From Candidatus Latescibacterota bacterium (lineage in GTDB: Bacteria > Latescibacterota > UBA2968 > UBA8231): 64,000 nt of DNA. How positions within the stretch are numbered: position 1 is the stretch's first letter; the number at the start of each line of letters is the position of its first letter. The translations under genes and the position numbers were made by a program. Positions 1 to 9,070 of this stretch are shown here, piece by piece. Below the pieces are notes generated by a model that saw only the letters and a list, made by a program, of their open reading frames with translations, did no database searches and was not told the origin of the DNA. Location of the stretch: NCBI GenBank assembly GCA_965221775.1, contig CBDCSU010000005.1, positions 672,001-736,000 on the forward strand. The letters are read 5' to 3'.

Positions 1-3000
1 CGCGCGCAGGCGCGCCCGCTGGCGCTCCCCCCGGCGCCACTGGCGCAGGAAGCGCGGCTCCTCGTCGTAGACCTTCACGAGGTTGGCCACCGAGATCCGC
101 AGGGGGCGGTCGCGCGGGATGGGGTCGGCGCGGCTGCGCCGCAGGCTGGTCTGCACGAACCAGGTCAGGGCCGGGATTCCGCCGAGCAGCGCCGTGCCGT
201 CGACGACGCGCCACAGCAGGCCGTCCACGTGCTCGTGGATCAGCCAGGCCCCCAGGGCCAGGGCCGCCAGCTGCGCCGCCCGGGTCCAGCCGCCGAGACC
301 GCGCAGCCACGCCAGGGTGTTCTCCAGGCCGGCGTAGACCGTGGGCACCAGGACCAGGGTGAAGAGGGTCCCCGCCAGCAGGCCGCCGATGACCGCCACG
401 GCGAAGGGCACGCCGATGACGGCCACGTACTCGGCCTTGCCCATGGCCAGCGGCAGCATCGCCAGGACCGTGCTCAGGGCGGTGATCGCGATCGGCCGCA
501 GGCGGGCCTGGCCGGCCTGCAGCAGGGCCCGCGACAGGCGCGCCCCCCGGCGCTGCCGGGCGCGGGCGGAATCGATGAGCATGATGCCGTTGTTGACCAC
601 CACCCCGAGGAGGATCACGAAGCCCACGAGGGCGTTGGCGTCGAGGATCGAGTGCCCCGTCAGGACCAGCCCCCACAGGCCCCCCATGGTGGCCAGGGGC
701 AGGGTGATCATCATCGCCAGCGGCGCCGCGAGGGACTCGAAGACGGCGGCCAGGATCATGTAGATGAGGATCACCGCGGCGGCGAGGAGGAAGTAGAACG
801 GCTCCAGGTCGGTCTCGTCGTGGACGGCCTCCACCGACACCCCCGACGGCGGCGCCACCGCCGCCACCAGCTCGTCGACGGCGGACCGCCCCTCGGCCAG
901 CAGTCCCGCCGAGTCGCGCACCTCGTCCTGGAAGCGGTAGCTGACCTCCAGCTCCTTCTCCTGGTTGACGCGCTCGACGCGGGCCCGGCCGCTGGTGTGG
1001 ACGAGATCGGCGAGCCTCGACAGGGGCACCGAACCGCCGCCCTCGGCCGGCACCCGCACCCGGCGCAGGTCCTCGATGCGGCGCTCCCCCGGCTCGGCGC
1101 TGCGCAGCAGCACCTGCACCTCCTCCGCGCCCCTCCGCACCCGCGCCGGCGACGACACCTGCGGCTGGAAGCCGGCCAGCTCGCCGGAGACCGCCTCCTC
1201 GGTGACGCCGTGGTGCTTGAGGGCGGCCCGGTCGAGGACCAGCGAGATCTCCGGCTGCGGCGTCTCTTCCGCCACCCAGGCGTACTCGACGGCGGTCAGG
1301 CGCTCCAGGTTGAACCGCAGGTCGTCGGCCACCCGGCGCAGCAGCTCCATGTCGCGGCCGCGGAGCAGCAGGTGCTCGCCGCCGCCGCCGATCCCCAGGA
1401 GTCGGGCGAAGGCGCCGCCCATGCCGCCGCCGCCGCCGAACCCGCCGCCTCCCCGGGGCGCGTCGAAGTGGAACCACAGGGCCGGAAAGGCCTCCCTCAG
1501 CTGCTCCCCCACCTCGTCGCGCACGCCGCCCATGCCGCGGCCGGCGATCTCGCGGAAGTCCTGCCGCAGGCGCAGGTCGAGGCGCAGCAGGTCGGGCCGC
1601 ACCTCGATGCGGCGCTCCTCCAGCTCCTCCACCTTCGCCAGACGCTCGTCCATGGCCACGGCCAGCCCGTCGGCCATCTCGAGGGTGGCGCCCCCTGGCA
1701 GCCGCGCGTACACGTCGAAGCGGTCCAGCTCCACCGGGGGCGCTCCGCCGCCGCTGAGACCCAGGCTGACGGCCAGGGTGACGAAGAACCCGGCCACGGC
1801 GAGGACCACGGTGCGCGCCGGGAAGCGCAGGCAGGACTTGAGCAGCAGCGAGTAGACCTGCACCGTCCGCTGCCGCTGCGAGACGCGGCGGAAGGCGAGA
1901 CCGGCGCCGGACCGGCGCGCCGCCAGGCGCCAGGTGACGACCGGGATCAGCAGCAGGGCCACCGCCAGGGAGACGAGGAGGGTGGAGATGATGGCCACAC
2001 CCACCTCGCGCCCCAGGAGGCGGACGAGGTGGTCCTCGGCGAAGACGAAGGGCAGGAAGACGCAGACCGTGGTCAGGGTCGCCGCCACCACGGCGCGCCT
2101 CACGTCGGCGACGCCGCCGGCCACGGCGGCATCCGCCTCCTCCCCCCGCGCCAGCCGCCGGTAGATGCTCTCCAGCACCACGATGCTGTTGTCGATGAGC
2201 ATGCCCACGGCCACCGCCATGCCCACGAGGGAGAGCGCGTTCAGGGTGAGGCCGAGGGCGTCGAACAGGTTCAGCGAGATCAGCACCGAGACCGGGATCG
2301 CCAGGGCCACCACCGCCACCAGGGCCAGGTTGCGCAGGAAGATCCAGAGCACGGCCACCGCCAGGCCGCCGCCGAGCAGCGCCAGGGACCGGATGTCGCC
2401 GATGTTCTCGCGCACCGGCTCGGCGGCGTCGCTGCTGACGACGAGCTCGATCCCCTCCGGCTCTAGCTGCCGGTTCAGGCGGTCCACCACCTCGCGCGCC
2501 GCCGACGACGCCTCCAGCAGGTTGGCCTCGGGATCGCGCATCAGCGACAGGGCCACCGCCTCCAGGCCGTTCACCCGGGCGATCGACTCGCGCTCGGCGC
2601 CGCCGTCGACGACCGACGCCACCTGCCCCAGGCGCAGCCCGTCGCGCACGACCGTCTCCTCGAGGTCGGTCATGGAGGTGTAGTCGGAGACCAGGCTCAC
2701 GAAGCTGCGCCCCCCGGCGCCGGCCACCTCCCCCAGGTGGCGCCGCGGGCGGGCGCCCTGGGCGATGCGGGCGCTCACCTGCGCCGCCGTCAGCCCGTGG
2801 CCGCGCAGCGCCCCCTCGTCGAGGCGGACCTCGATCGAGCGCCGGCGGCCGCCGTACACGGCGACGCTGGCGACGCCGTCCACGTGCCTCAGCTCCTCCA
2901 CCACCTTGCGGTCGACCACGTGCCGGATCCGGTCGAGACCGCCCTCGCCCCGCGCCTCGAGGGCCATGAACCGCGTCGCCAGCTGCTCGGTGTCGACCTT

Positions 3001-3381
3001 GTGGACCTGCACGACGGTCCCCTCGTCGAGGCCGGCCCCGGCGGCGGCGGCGCGCTGCTCCAGGCGCAGGTAGGCGTGGCCGGGGTCGACGCCGCTGTCG
3101 TAGTAGACCAGGATGCGGGCCCCCCACGACTCCACGTACGACTCGATCCGCTCGATGCCGGGCAGTCCGGCGATCGCCCCTTCGAGGGGGATCACCGCCC
3201 GGCTCTCGACCTGATCGACCTCGGAGTCGCGCGGCGCCTGCACCTGCACCACGAGCATGGGCAGCTCGGCGAAGGGGAGCAGCTCCACCGGCAGGCGGCC
3301 GTAGGAGACGGCGCCGAGGAGGCAGCCGGCGGCCAGCAGCATGGTCACCGCCACCGGCCGCCGGACCAGGGTGGCGGTCAC
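1..3381 (-). CDS. RND (AcrB-family) permease with C-terminal extension, probably fused to an ABC ATPase; 3' end lies outside the window
   Basis: Not in the ORF track because there is no stop in the window. Manual translation from GTG 3381, which overlaps the upstream TGA: MTATLVRRPVAVTMLL..LPVELLP..GMLIDNSIVVLESI..GVVVNNGIMLID..RLRPIAITALST. It continues past TM12 into LRISVANLVKVYDEEPRF. Confidence 0.9.
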   Translation of the reverse strand, partial: MTATLVRRPVAVTMLLAAGCLLGAVSYGRLPVELLPFAELPMLVVQVQAPRDSEVDQVESRAVIPLEGAIAGLPGIERIESYVESWGARILVYYDSGVDPGHAYLRLEQRAAAAGAGLDEGTVVQVHKVDTEQLATRFMALEARGEGGLDRIRHVVDRKVVEELRHVDGVASVAVYGGRRRSIEVRLDEGALRGHGLTAAQVSARIAQGARPRRHLGEVAGAGGRSFVSLVSDYTSMTDLEETVVRDGLRLGQVASVVDGGAERESIARVNGLEAVALSLMRDPEANLLEASSAAREVVDRLNRQLEPEGIELVVSSDAAEPVRENIGDIRSLALLGGGLAVAVLWIFLRNLALVAVVALAIPVSVLISLNLFDALGLTLNALSLVGMAVAVGMLIDNSIVVLESIYRRLARGEEADAAVAGGVADVRRAVVAATLTTVCVFLPFVFAEDHLVRLLGREVGVAIISTLLVSLAVALLLIPVVTWRLAARRSGAGLAFRRVSQRQRTVQVYSLLLKSCLRFPARTVVLAVAGFFVTLAVSLGLSGGGAPPVELDRFDVYARLPGGATLEMADGLAVAMDERLAKVEELEERRIEVRPDLLRLDLRLRQDFREIAGRGMGGVRDEVGEQLREAFPALWFHFDAPRGGGGFGGGGGMGGAFARLLGIGGGGEHLLLRGRDMELLRRVADDLRFNLERLTAVEYAWVAEETPQPEISLVLDRAALKHHGVTEEAVSGELAGFQPQVSSPARVRRGAEEVQVLLRSAEPGERRIEDLRRVRVPAEGGGSVPLSRLADLVHTSGRARVERVNQEKELEVSYRFQDEVRDSAGLLAEGRSAVDELVAAVAPPSGVSVEAVHDETDLEPFYFLLAAAVILIYMILAAVFESLAAPLAMMITLPLATMGGLWGLVLTGHSILDANALVGFVILLGVVVNNGIMLIDSARARQRRGARLSRALLQAGQARLRPIAITALSTVLAMLPLAMGKAEYVAVIGVPFAVAVIGGLLAGTLFTLVLVPTVYAGLENTLAWLRGLGGWTRAAQLAALALGAWLIHEHVDGLLWRVVDGTALLGGIPALTWFVQTSLRRSRADPIPRDRPLRISVANLVKVYDEEPRFLRQWRRGERQRARLRA

Positions 3382-6300
3382 CGGGAGGCGGCCTGGGCCG
3401 GACGCAGCCGGTCGACGCGGGCGAAGAGGTGGTAGACGCAGGGCACCACGGCCAGGGTGAGGGCGGTGCAGCTGAAGAGCCCGCCGATGACGGCCACCGC
3501 CATCGGCGCCCGCAGGACCGCGCCCTCGCCGGCGCCGGCAGCCAGGGGCAGCAGGGCGAGCATGGTGGTCAGGCTGGTCATCAGGATCGGCCGGATGCGC
3601 GTCCGTCCGGCGTTGACGATCGCCTCCTCCAGCTCCTGCCCGGAGCGGCGGTTGCGGTTGATGCGGTCCACGAGCACGATCGAGTCGTTGACGGCGATCC
3701 CGGCCAGCAGGATCACCCCTATGAAGGACATGACGTTGAGGGGCATGCCCAGGGCCAGGAGCAGGGCCACGGCGCCGACACCGGCCAGGGGGATGGTCAG
3801 GAGGATGACGAAGGGATGGAGGAGGGACTCGAACTGGGCGGCCATCACCATGTAGACGAGGACCACCGCCAGGATCAGGGCGAAGCGCAGGTTGCGGAAC
3901 GAGTCCTGCCGCAGCTTCTCCTCGCCGGTGAGGTCGAAGCCGTACTCCGGCGGCGCGCTCACCCCGCCGAGGGCCTCGGTGACGCGTCCGGCGACGCGGT
4001 CGAAGGGCTCGCCCTCGTCGAGGCGGGCGCTCACCGTGACCACCCGCTGCTGGTTGCGGCGCAGGATCTCCCGGGGCGTCAGCGAGGCGCGCAGGCGGGA
4101 GACCTCGTCGAGGCGCACCCGCAGCCCCCCCGGCGCCTCCAGCAGCAGTCCCCCCAGCTCCTCCGGGGTCACCCGCGGCCGGCGGATGACGATGTCGGCG
4201 GCCTCCCCGCGCTGCCGCAGGCGGCCGGCCTCCTGCCCGGAGAGCAGGCTCTGCAGCTGCGAGCCGATGGCGTCGATGCCCAGGTGGAAGGCCGCCGCCG
4301 CCGCCCGGTCGACGACGATCTCGATCTCCGGCCGTCCGGGGGCCAGGCTCGACTCGACGCCGTGGAGCCCCTCGATCCCGGCCAGGTGCTCCTCCACCTC
4401 CTCCGCCAGGCCCGCCAGCACGCCGAGGGACTGGCCGTGGATCTCCACCACCACCGGCGCCTCCGGGCGGCCGAGGCTGGTCTCCAGGGCCGTCTCCCGC
4501 AGCAGGTAGCGGACCTGCGCGTCGGGACCGGCCGGGGCCTCGCCGAGGGCCTCGGCCAGCGCCGCCGCGGTGACCGGGCTGCCCTCGCCCAGCTGCACGT
4601 GGATCACCGCCCGGTTCTCACCGGCCAGGGGCTCGCCCGGACCCGCGGAGCCGGCGGCCCGGCCGACGCGGGAGTAGAGGTGGGCCAGCTCGGGGCCGAG
4701 GCTGGCGGCGATGGAGCTCTCCACGTTGCGCACCGCCCCCTCGGTGCGGTCGAGGCGGGTGCCCTCCGGCAGGGTCAGGTGCAGGGAGAGCTGTCCGGGG
4801 TCGAGGTGGGGCATGAACTCGCTGCCCAGCCGCGACAGCACGGCGCCGGTGCCCGCCACCAGCGCCGCCGCCACGAGCACCACCGGCACCCGCCGGCGCA
4901 GCAGGGCCCCGAGGAGGGCGCCGTAGCGCGGGAAGGGGACCCTTCCGGCCGGCGGCGCTCCTCCCCGCCCCAGGAGCCGCGAGCACAGCATGGGGATGAC
5001 CACGAGGGCGACGAAGAGCGACGACAGCAGCGAGAAGGCCACGGTCCACGCCTGCTCGCGGAACAGCTCACCCGCCGCGCCCTGGAGGTAGACGATGGGC
5101 AGGAAGACGACGATGGTGGTCAGGGTGGCGCTGGTGATGGCGCCGCCCACCTCGCCGGCGCCGAGGACCGCCGCCCGCGCCGGGGACTCGCCGCGCTCCA
5201 TGTGGCGGAAGACGTTCTCCACCACGACGATGGCGTTGTCCACGAGCATGCCGGCGCCGAGGGCGAGACCGCCCAGGGTCATGAGGTTCAGGCTCAGCTC
5301 GCCGAAGTACATCAGGTTGAAGGTGGCCACCACCGAGATCGGGATCGCCAGGCTGATCACCGCCGTCACCCCCAGCCGCCGCAGGAAGACGAAGAGCACG
5401 GCCACCGCCAGCAGCACGCCCACCAGGCCCGTCTCCTCCACCTCGGAGACCGCCGCGGCGATGAACCGCGACTGGTCCTGGATGACCTCGATCTCGTATC
5501 CCGGCAGGCTCCGGCGCAGGACCTCCAGCTGCCCGTGCACGGCGCGGGCGGCGTCGATGGTGTTGTGGCGGGCCTCGCGGTAGATCTCCAGGCCGAGGCA
5601 GCGGCGGCCGTCGAGGCGGACGATGCTCCGCGGCTCGCTCAGGACCTGGCGGACCTCGGCCACGTCGCGCAGGAAGACCGGCTTCGCCCGCGGCTCCGAA
5701 GCCGCGGAGGTTGCCGCCGCGCCGGCCCCCTCCGCCGGCCCCTCCGAGCCCTGCCCCGCCTCCGGTGCCGCCGCCTCCCCGGAGATCTGGGTGACCACCA
5801 GGCCCTCGAGGTCGGCGGCCGACGAGAACTCCCCGACGCCGCGGATCAGGTAGCGGCGCCCCATCTCGACGATCGACCCGCCCGACATGTTGCGGTTGGC
5901 GTTGCGGACCGCCGCCGCCAGCTGCTCGAGGGTGAGTCCGTAGGCCTCTAGGGTGTAGGCGTCGGTGAGGACCTCCACCTCGAGGCGGCGGGCGCCGACG
6001 ACCTCCACGGCGGCGACCCCGGGCAGGCGCACCAGCTCGCTGCGGACGATGCTCTCGGCGGTGCGCCGCAGGGCGTCGAGGTCGTCCACCTCGGGGTGGC
6101 GGAAGGCGGCCACCACCACCGGCCGGCCGTTGGGATCGTGGCGGCTCACCGAGATCTCCTCCACCTCCTCGCGGCGGGCGAACTCGGCCAGGCCCTTCTG
6201 CAGGTCGAGGAAGGCCGCGTCCATGTCGGCGCCCCAGCCGTACTCGACGGTGACCTGGGCGCCGCCGGTGCTCGACACGGAGGCGACGTCCACCACGCCG

Positions 6301-6527
6301 CGGGACAGCGACGCCGCCGCCTCGATGGGGGCGGTGATGCGCGCCTCCACCTCGGACGGCGGCAGGTCCCCGGCCTCGACCTCGACGAAGAGCCGCGGGT
6401 TGGCCAGCTCCGGCAGCAGCTCCACCCCCAGGCGCCGGAAGGAGATGCCGCCCAGGAGCAGGATCCCGAGGACGAGCATGAGCACCGTCGCCGGGCGGGA
6501 GACCGAGAACCGCGCCAGGGACTCCAT
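3378..6527 (-). CDS. RND (AcrB/AcrD/AcrF family) efflux permease
   Basis: 1049 aa; GMLVDNAIVVVEN, AAQFES, RIRPILMTSLTT motifs. Confidence 0.95.
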   Translation of the reverse strand: MESLARFSVSRPATVLMLVLGILLLGGISFRRLGVELLPELANPRLFVEVEAGDLPPSEVEARITAPIEAAASLSRGVVDVASVSSTGGAQVTVEYGWGADMDAAFLDLQKGLAEFARREEVEEISVSRHDPNGRPVVVAAFRHPEVDDLDALRRTAESIVRSELVRLPGVAAVEVVGARRLEVEVLTDAYTLEAYGLTLEQLAAAVRNANRNMSGGSIVEMGRRYLIRGVGEFSSAADLEGLVVTQISGEAAAPEAGQGSEGPAEGAGAAATSAASEPRAKPVFLRDVAEVRQVLSEPRSIVRLDGRRCLGLEIYREARHNTIDAARAVHGQLEVLRRSLPGYEIEVIQDQSRFIAAAVSEVEETGLVGVLLAVAVLFVFLRRLGVTAVISLAIPISVVATFNLMYFGELSLNLMTLGGLALGAGMLVDNAIVVVENVFRHMERGESPARAAVLGAGEVGGAITSATLTTIVVFLPIVYLQGAAGELFREQAWTVAFSLLSSLFVALVVIPMLCSRLLGRGGAPPAGRVPFPRYGALLGALLRRRVPVVLVAAALVAGTGAVLSRLGSEFMPHLDPGQLSLHLTLPEGTRLDRTEGAVRNVESSIAASLGPELAHLYSRVGRAAGSAGPGEPLAGENRAVIHVQLGEGSPVTAAALAEALGEAPAGPDAQVRYLLRETALETSLGRPEAPVVVEIHGQSLGVLAGLAEEVEEHLAGIEGLHGVESSLAPGRPEIEIVVDRAAAAAFHLGIDAIGSQLQSLLSGQEAGRLRQRGEAADIVIRRPRVTPEELGGLLLEAPGGLRVRLDEVSRLRASLTPREILRRNQQRVVTVSARLDEGEPFDRVAGRVTEALGGVSAPPEYGFDLTGEEKLRQDSFRNLRFALILAVVLVYMVMAAQFESLLHPFVILLTIPLAGVGAVALLLALGMPLNVMSFIGVILLAGIAVNDSIVLVDRINRNRRSGQELEEAIVNAGRTRIRPILMTSLTTMLALLPLAAGAGEGAVLRAPMAVAVIGGLFSCTALTLAVVPCVYHLFARVDRLRPAQAASR

Positions 6528-7594
6528 CAGTTGGTGGTCTTCACCCGCGAGTGGTCGCGCAGGGTCTCGAAGCCCTCCACCACCAGGCGCTCGCCGTCCA
6601 TCAGGCCGCTGAGCACCTCCACCCGGTGGCGGTTGCCGAGGCCGGTCTCCAGGCTGCGGCGCACGGCGATCCCCTTCTCGACGACGAAGACGACCTTCTC
6701 GTGGCCGCGGTCGACGATCACGTCCCGGGGGATCACCAGGGCCGAGTCCCGCGAGGCCGCCACCAGCTCGATCTTGACGAACATGCCCGGCCGCAGCAGC
6801 CCGTCGCCGTTGTCGATGGCCAGGGCCGCCTTGAAGGTGCGGCTGCCGGCGTCGAGGACCGGCGAGACCTGCGTCACCCGGCCCTGCAGGGTGTCGCCGG
6901 CGGCGCCGTAGTGGGTCACCCGGGCGCGCTGGCCCGGCGCCACGCGGCCCATCTCCTGGCCCGGCAGCGAGGCCTCGGCGTAGAGCTCGGCGTACTCCAT
7001 GACCTGGCCGATGGGGTCCCCGGGGCGCAGCCGCTGGCCGGGGCTGTGGTGCTCCAGGTCGACGAGGACCCCGGCGAAGGGGGCGCGCACCTCGAGCCGG
7101 GCCAGCTGCAGGAGGGCGCTCTCGTGGCCGTAGCGCGCGTCGATCGCCTGGCGCTCGGCGTCGGTCAGCTCGCGCAGGGTGATGCCGCCGTGCTCGAAGA
7201 GACCCTTCTGCTTGTCGTACTCGCGCTGCGCCGAGGCCAGCTGCAGGGCCTTCGACTCGAGGCTCACCTGGTTCTCGAACTCGGCGTTCTCCAGGCGCGC
7301 GATGAGGTCCCCGGCCTGCACCCGGTCGCCCATGGCCCAGGCGGAACCGGTGCGCGGGTTGGTCTGCAGCCGGTAGCGGCCGGACTCCTCGCAGGCCAGC
7401 AGCGCCTCCCGCGCCGCCTCCACGGTGGCGGTGGCGGCTACGTACTCGGCGATCGGCCCGCGCGCCACGGACTGAACCCGCACCGGGATCGCCGACTCCA
7501 CGTCGATGTTCGGCCCCTCCTGGTCGCAGCCGGCGCCGAGCAGACCGGCGGCGGCGGCGAGTCCCGCGAGCCGGCGGATCGGATGTCGCAGCAT
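6527..7594 (-). CDS. RND periplasmic adaptor (MFP), lipoprotein
   Basis: ATG 7594 with GGAGG upstream; lipobox LLGAGC; VRAPFAG, LRPGMF, VLSGL..GERLVVEG. Confidence 0.92.
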   Translation of the reverse strand: MLRHPIRRLAGLAAAAGLLGAGCDQEGPNIDVESAIPVRVQSVARGPIAEYVAATATVEAAREALLACEESGRYRLQTNPRTGSAWAMGDRVQAGDLIARLENAEFENQVSLESKALQLASAQREYDKQKGLFEHGGITLRELTDAERQAIDARYGHESALLQLARLEVRAPFAGVLVDLEHHSPGQRLRPGDPIGQVMEYAELYAEASLPGQEMGRVAPGQRARVTHYGAAGDTLQGRVTQVSPVLDAGSRTFKAALAIDNGDGLLRPGMFVKIELVAASRDSALVIPRDVIVDRGHEKVVFVVEKGIAVRRSLETGLGNRHRVEVLSGLMDGERLVVEGFETLRDHSRVKTTN

Positions 7595-7602
7595 GTCGCC
7601 TC

Positions 7603-9060
7603 CTAGCGTGATTCGAGTCGGGTGACGGGCTCGCCGGCGGCGAAGTCCCACAGGGTGCGCACCTTGAGGTCGAGGAGGGCGAGCTGGTAGTCGATCAGGG
7701 CCCGCACCTCCTTGAGCTGCTCCCGCGACAGCTGGTTCTGGTAGAAGGCGATGTCCTTCGACGGCAGGTCGCCGTTGCGGTAGCGCTCCAGGTTGAGGCG
7801 GTAGGTCTGGCGGGCGCTCTCGACGCTCTTCTCGGCGATCTCGATCTGCGTGGCCTGGTTGTCCAGGGAGCGGCAGGCCTGGCGGATCTCCTTGAGGATG
7901 CGGCGCTCCTCCTCGGCCGCCGACAGCCTGCGGCTCTGCACCCGCTCCCGGGCGGCGGCCTGGCGGTGCTCCCTCTCGCCCCAGTCGAAGATCGGCACCT
8001 CGAGGCTGATCCCGACCTTCTGGTTGCGCGTCGGCGAGTCGTAGATGCCGGCCAGACTCGCGTCGGTGCCGGTGAGGCCGTAGGACAGGTCCAGGGAGCC
8101 CCTGAACTCGTTGCTCTCGCCGGCGCGGACCAGGTCGTCGAGGGCGTTCTGCACCTCGATCTGGCGCTGGCGGATCTCCATGCGGTGGTCCAGCCCGTGG
8201 CGCTCGGCCAGCTTCGGATCGACCTCGACGAGGCGCTTGCGCACGTCGGCCTCCACTTGCAGCTCCATCTCCAGGGGCAGGCCCAGGAGGATCCGGAAGT
8301 CGTCGAGGCCCTCCTCGTAGCCGATGCGGGCGTTCTCGACGGCGGCGCGGCTGTTGGCCCGGTTCAGGCCCGCCTGCAGCAGCTCCTCGCGGGCGGTGAT
8401 GCCGGCCTCCACCTTGGCGGCGACGATCTCCAGGCTCTCCTCGGAGTTGCTCAGCTCCTCCACGGCGATGGCGAGGTTGCGCTGCTGGTAGTAGAGGTCG
8501 AGGAACCGGCGCGTCACCTGGCTCTCGATCTGCAGCTCCTGGGTGGCGAACTGCAGGTGCGAGTTCTCCAGGGCCAGGCGCAGGCGCTTGAGCTCCAGGC
8601 GGGTGCGGTTGTGGGTGAACAGGGGCTGGTTGTAGCGCAGGGACAGGCCGTTGCTGAAGGAGCGCCGCGAGCGCGGGCCGGCGAAGGAGCTGGAGGCGTC
8701 GCGCCAGTCGAAGGCCTGCACCAGGCTCAGGGTGCCGTCGGTGGGCTCGATCGACTGCCGGATGGAGAACACCGCGCCGGCGTGGCTCTGCTCCTGGGTG
8801 TTGTACCCGGAGACCAGCTCGTTGAAGGTGCGGTCGCGGCTGTGCTCGAAGGGCGTCACCGTGAGGCCGAACCGCGACTTGAGGGCCGCCCGCCGCGCCT
8901 CCAGCTCGCGGCGGCTGATCTCGAGGGAGTGGCGCGCCTCGGCCAGGGTCGGACTGCGGTCGCCGGCGATGCGCAGCGCGTCGGCCAGCTGCAGCACCTC
9001 CGCCGGCGCGGGCGCCGCGGCCCAGAGGACCAGCGGCAGCAGGAATCTCACCCCCTTCAT
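7603..9060 (-). CDS. TolC-family outer membrane efflux protein
   Basis: Signal peptide; helical repeats; QPLF, EVPIFDWG, ERYRNG motifs. Confidence 0.9.
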   Translation of the reverse strand: MKGVRFLLPLVLWAAAPAPAEVLQLADALRIAGDRSPTLAEARHSLEISRRELEARRAALKSRFGLTVTPFEHSRDRTFNELVSGYNTQEQSHAGAVFSIRQSIEPTDGTLSLVQAFDWRDASSSFAGPRSRRSFSNGLSLRYNQPLFTHNRTRLELKRLRLALENSHLQFATQELQIESQVTRRFLDLYYQQRNLAIAVEELSNSEESLEIVAAKVEAGITAREELLQAGLNRANSRAAVENARIGYEEGLDDFRILLGLPLEMELQVEADVRKRLVEVDPKLAERHGLDHRMEIRQRQIEVQNALDDLVRAGESNEFRGSLDLSYGLTGTDASLAGIYDSPTRNQKVGISLEVPIFDWGEREHRQAAARERVQSRRLSAAEEERRILKEIRQACRSLDNQATQIEIAEKSVESARQTYRLNLERYRNGDLPSKDIAFYQNQLSREQLKEVRALIDYQLALLDLKVRTLWDFAAGEPVTRLESR

Positions 9061-9070
9061 CGGCTCTCCT

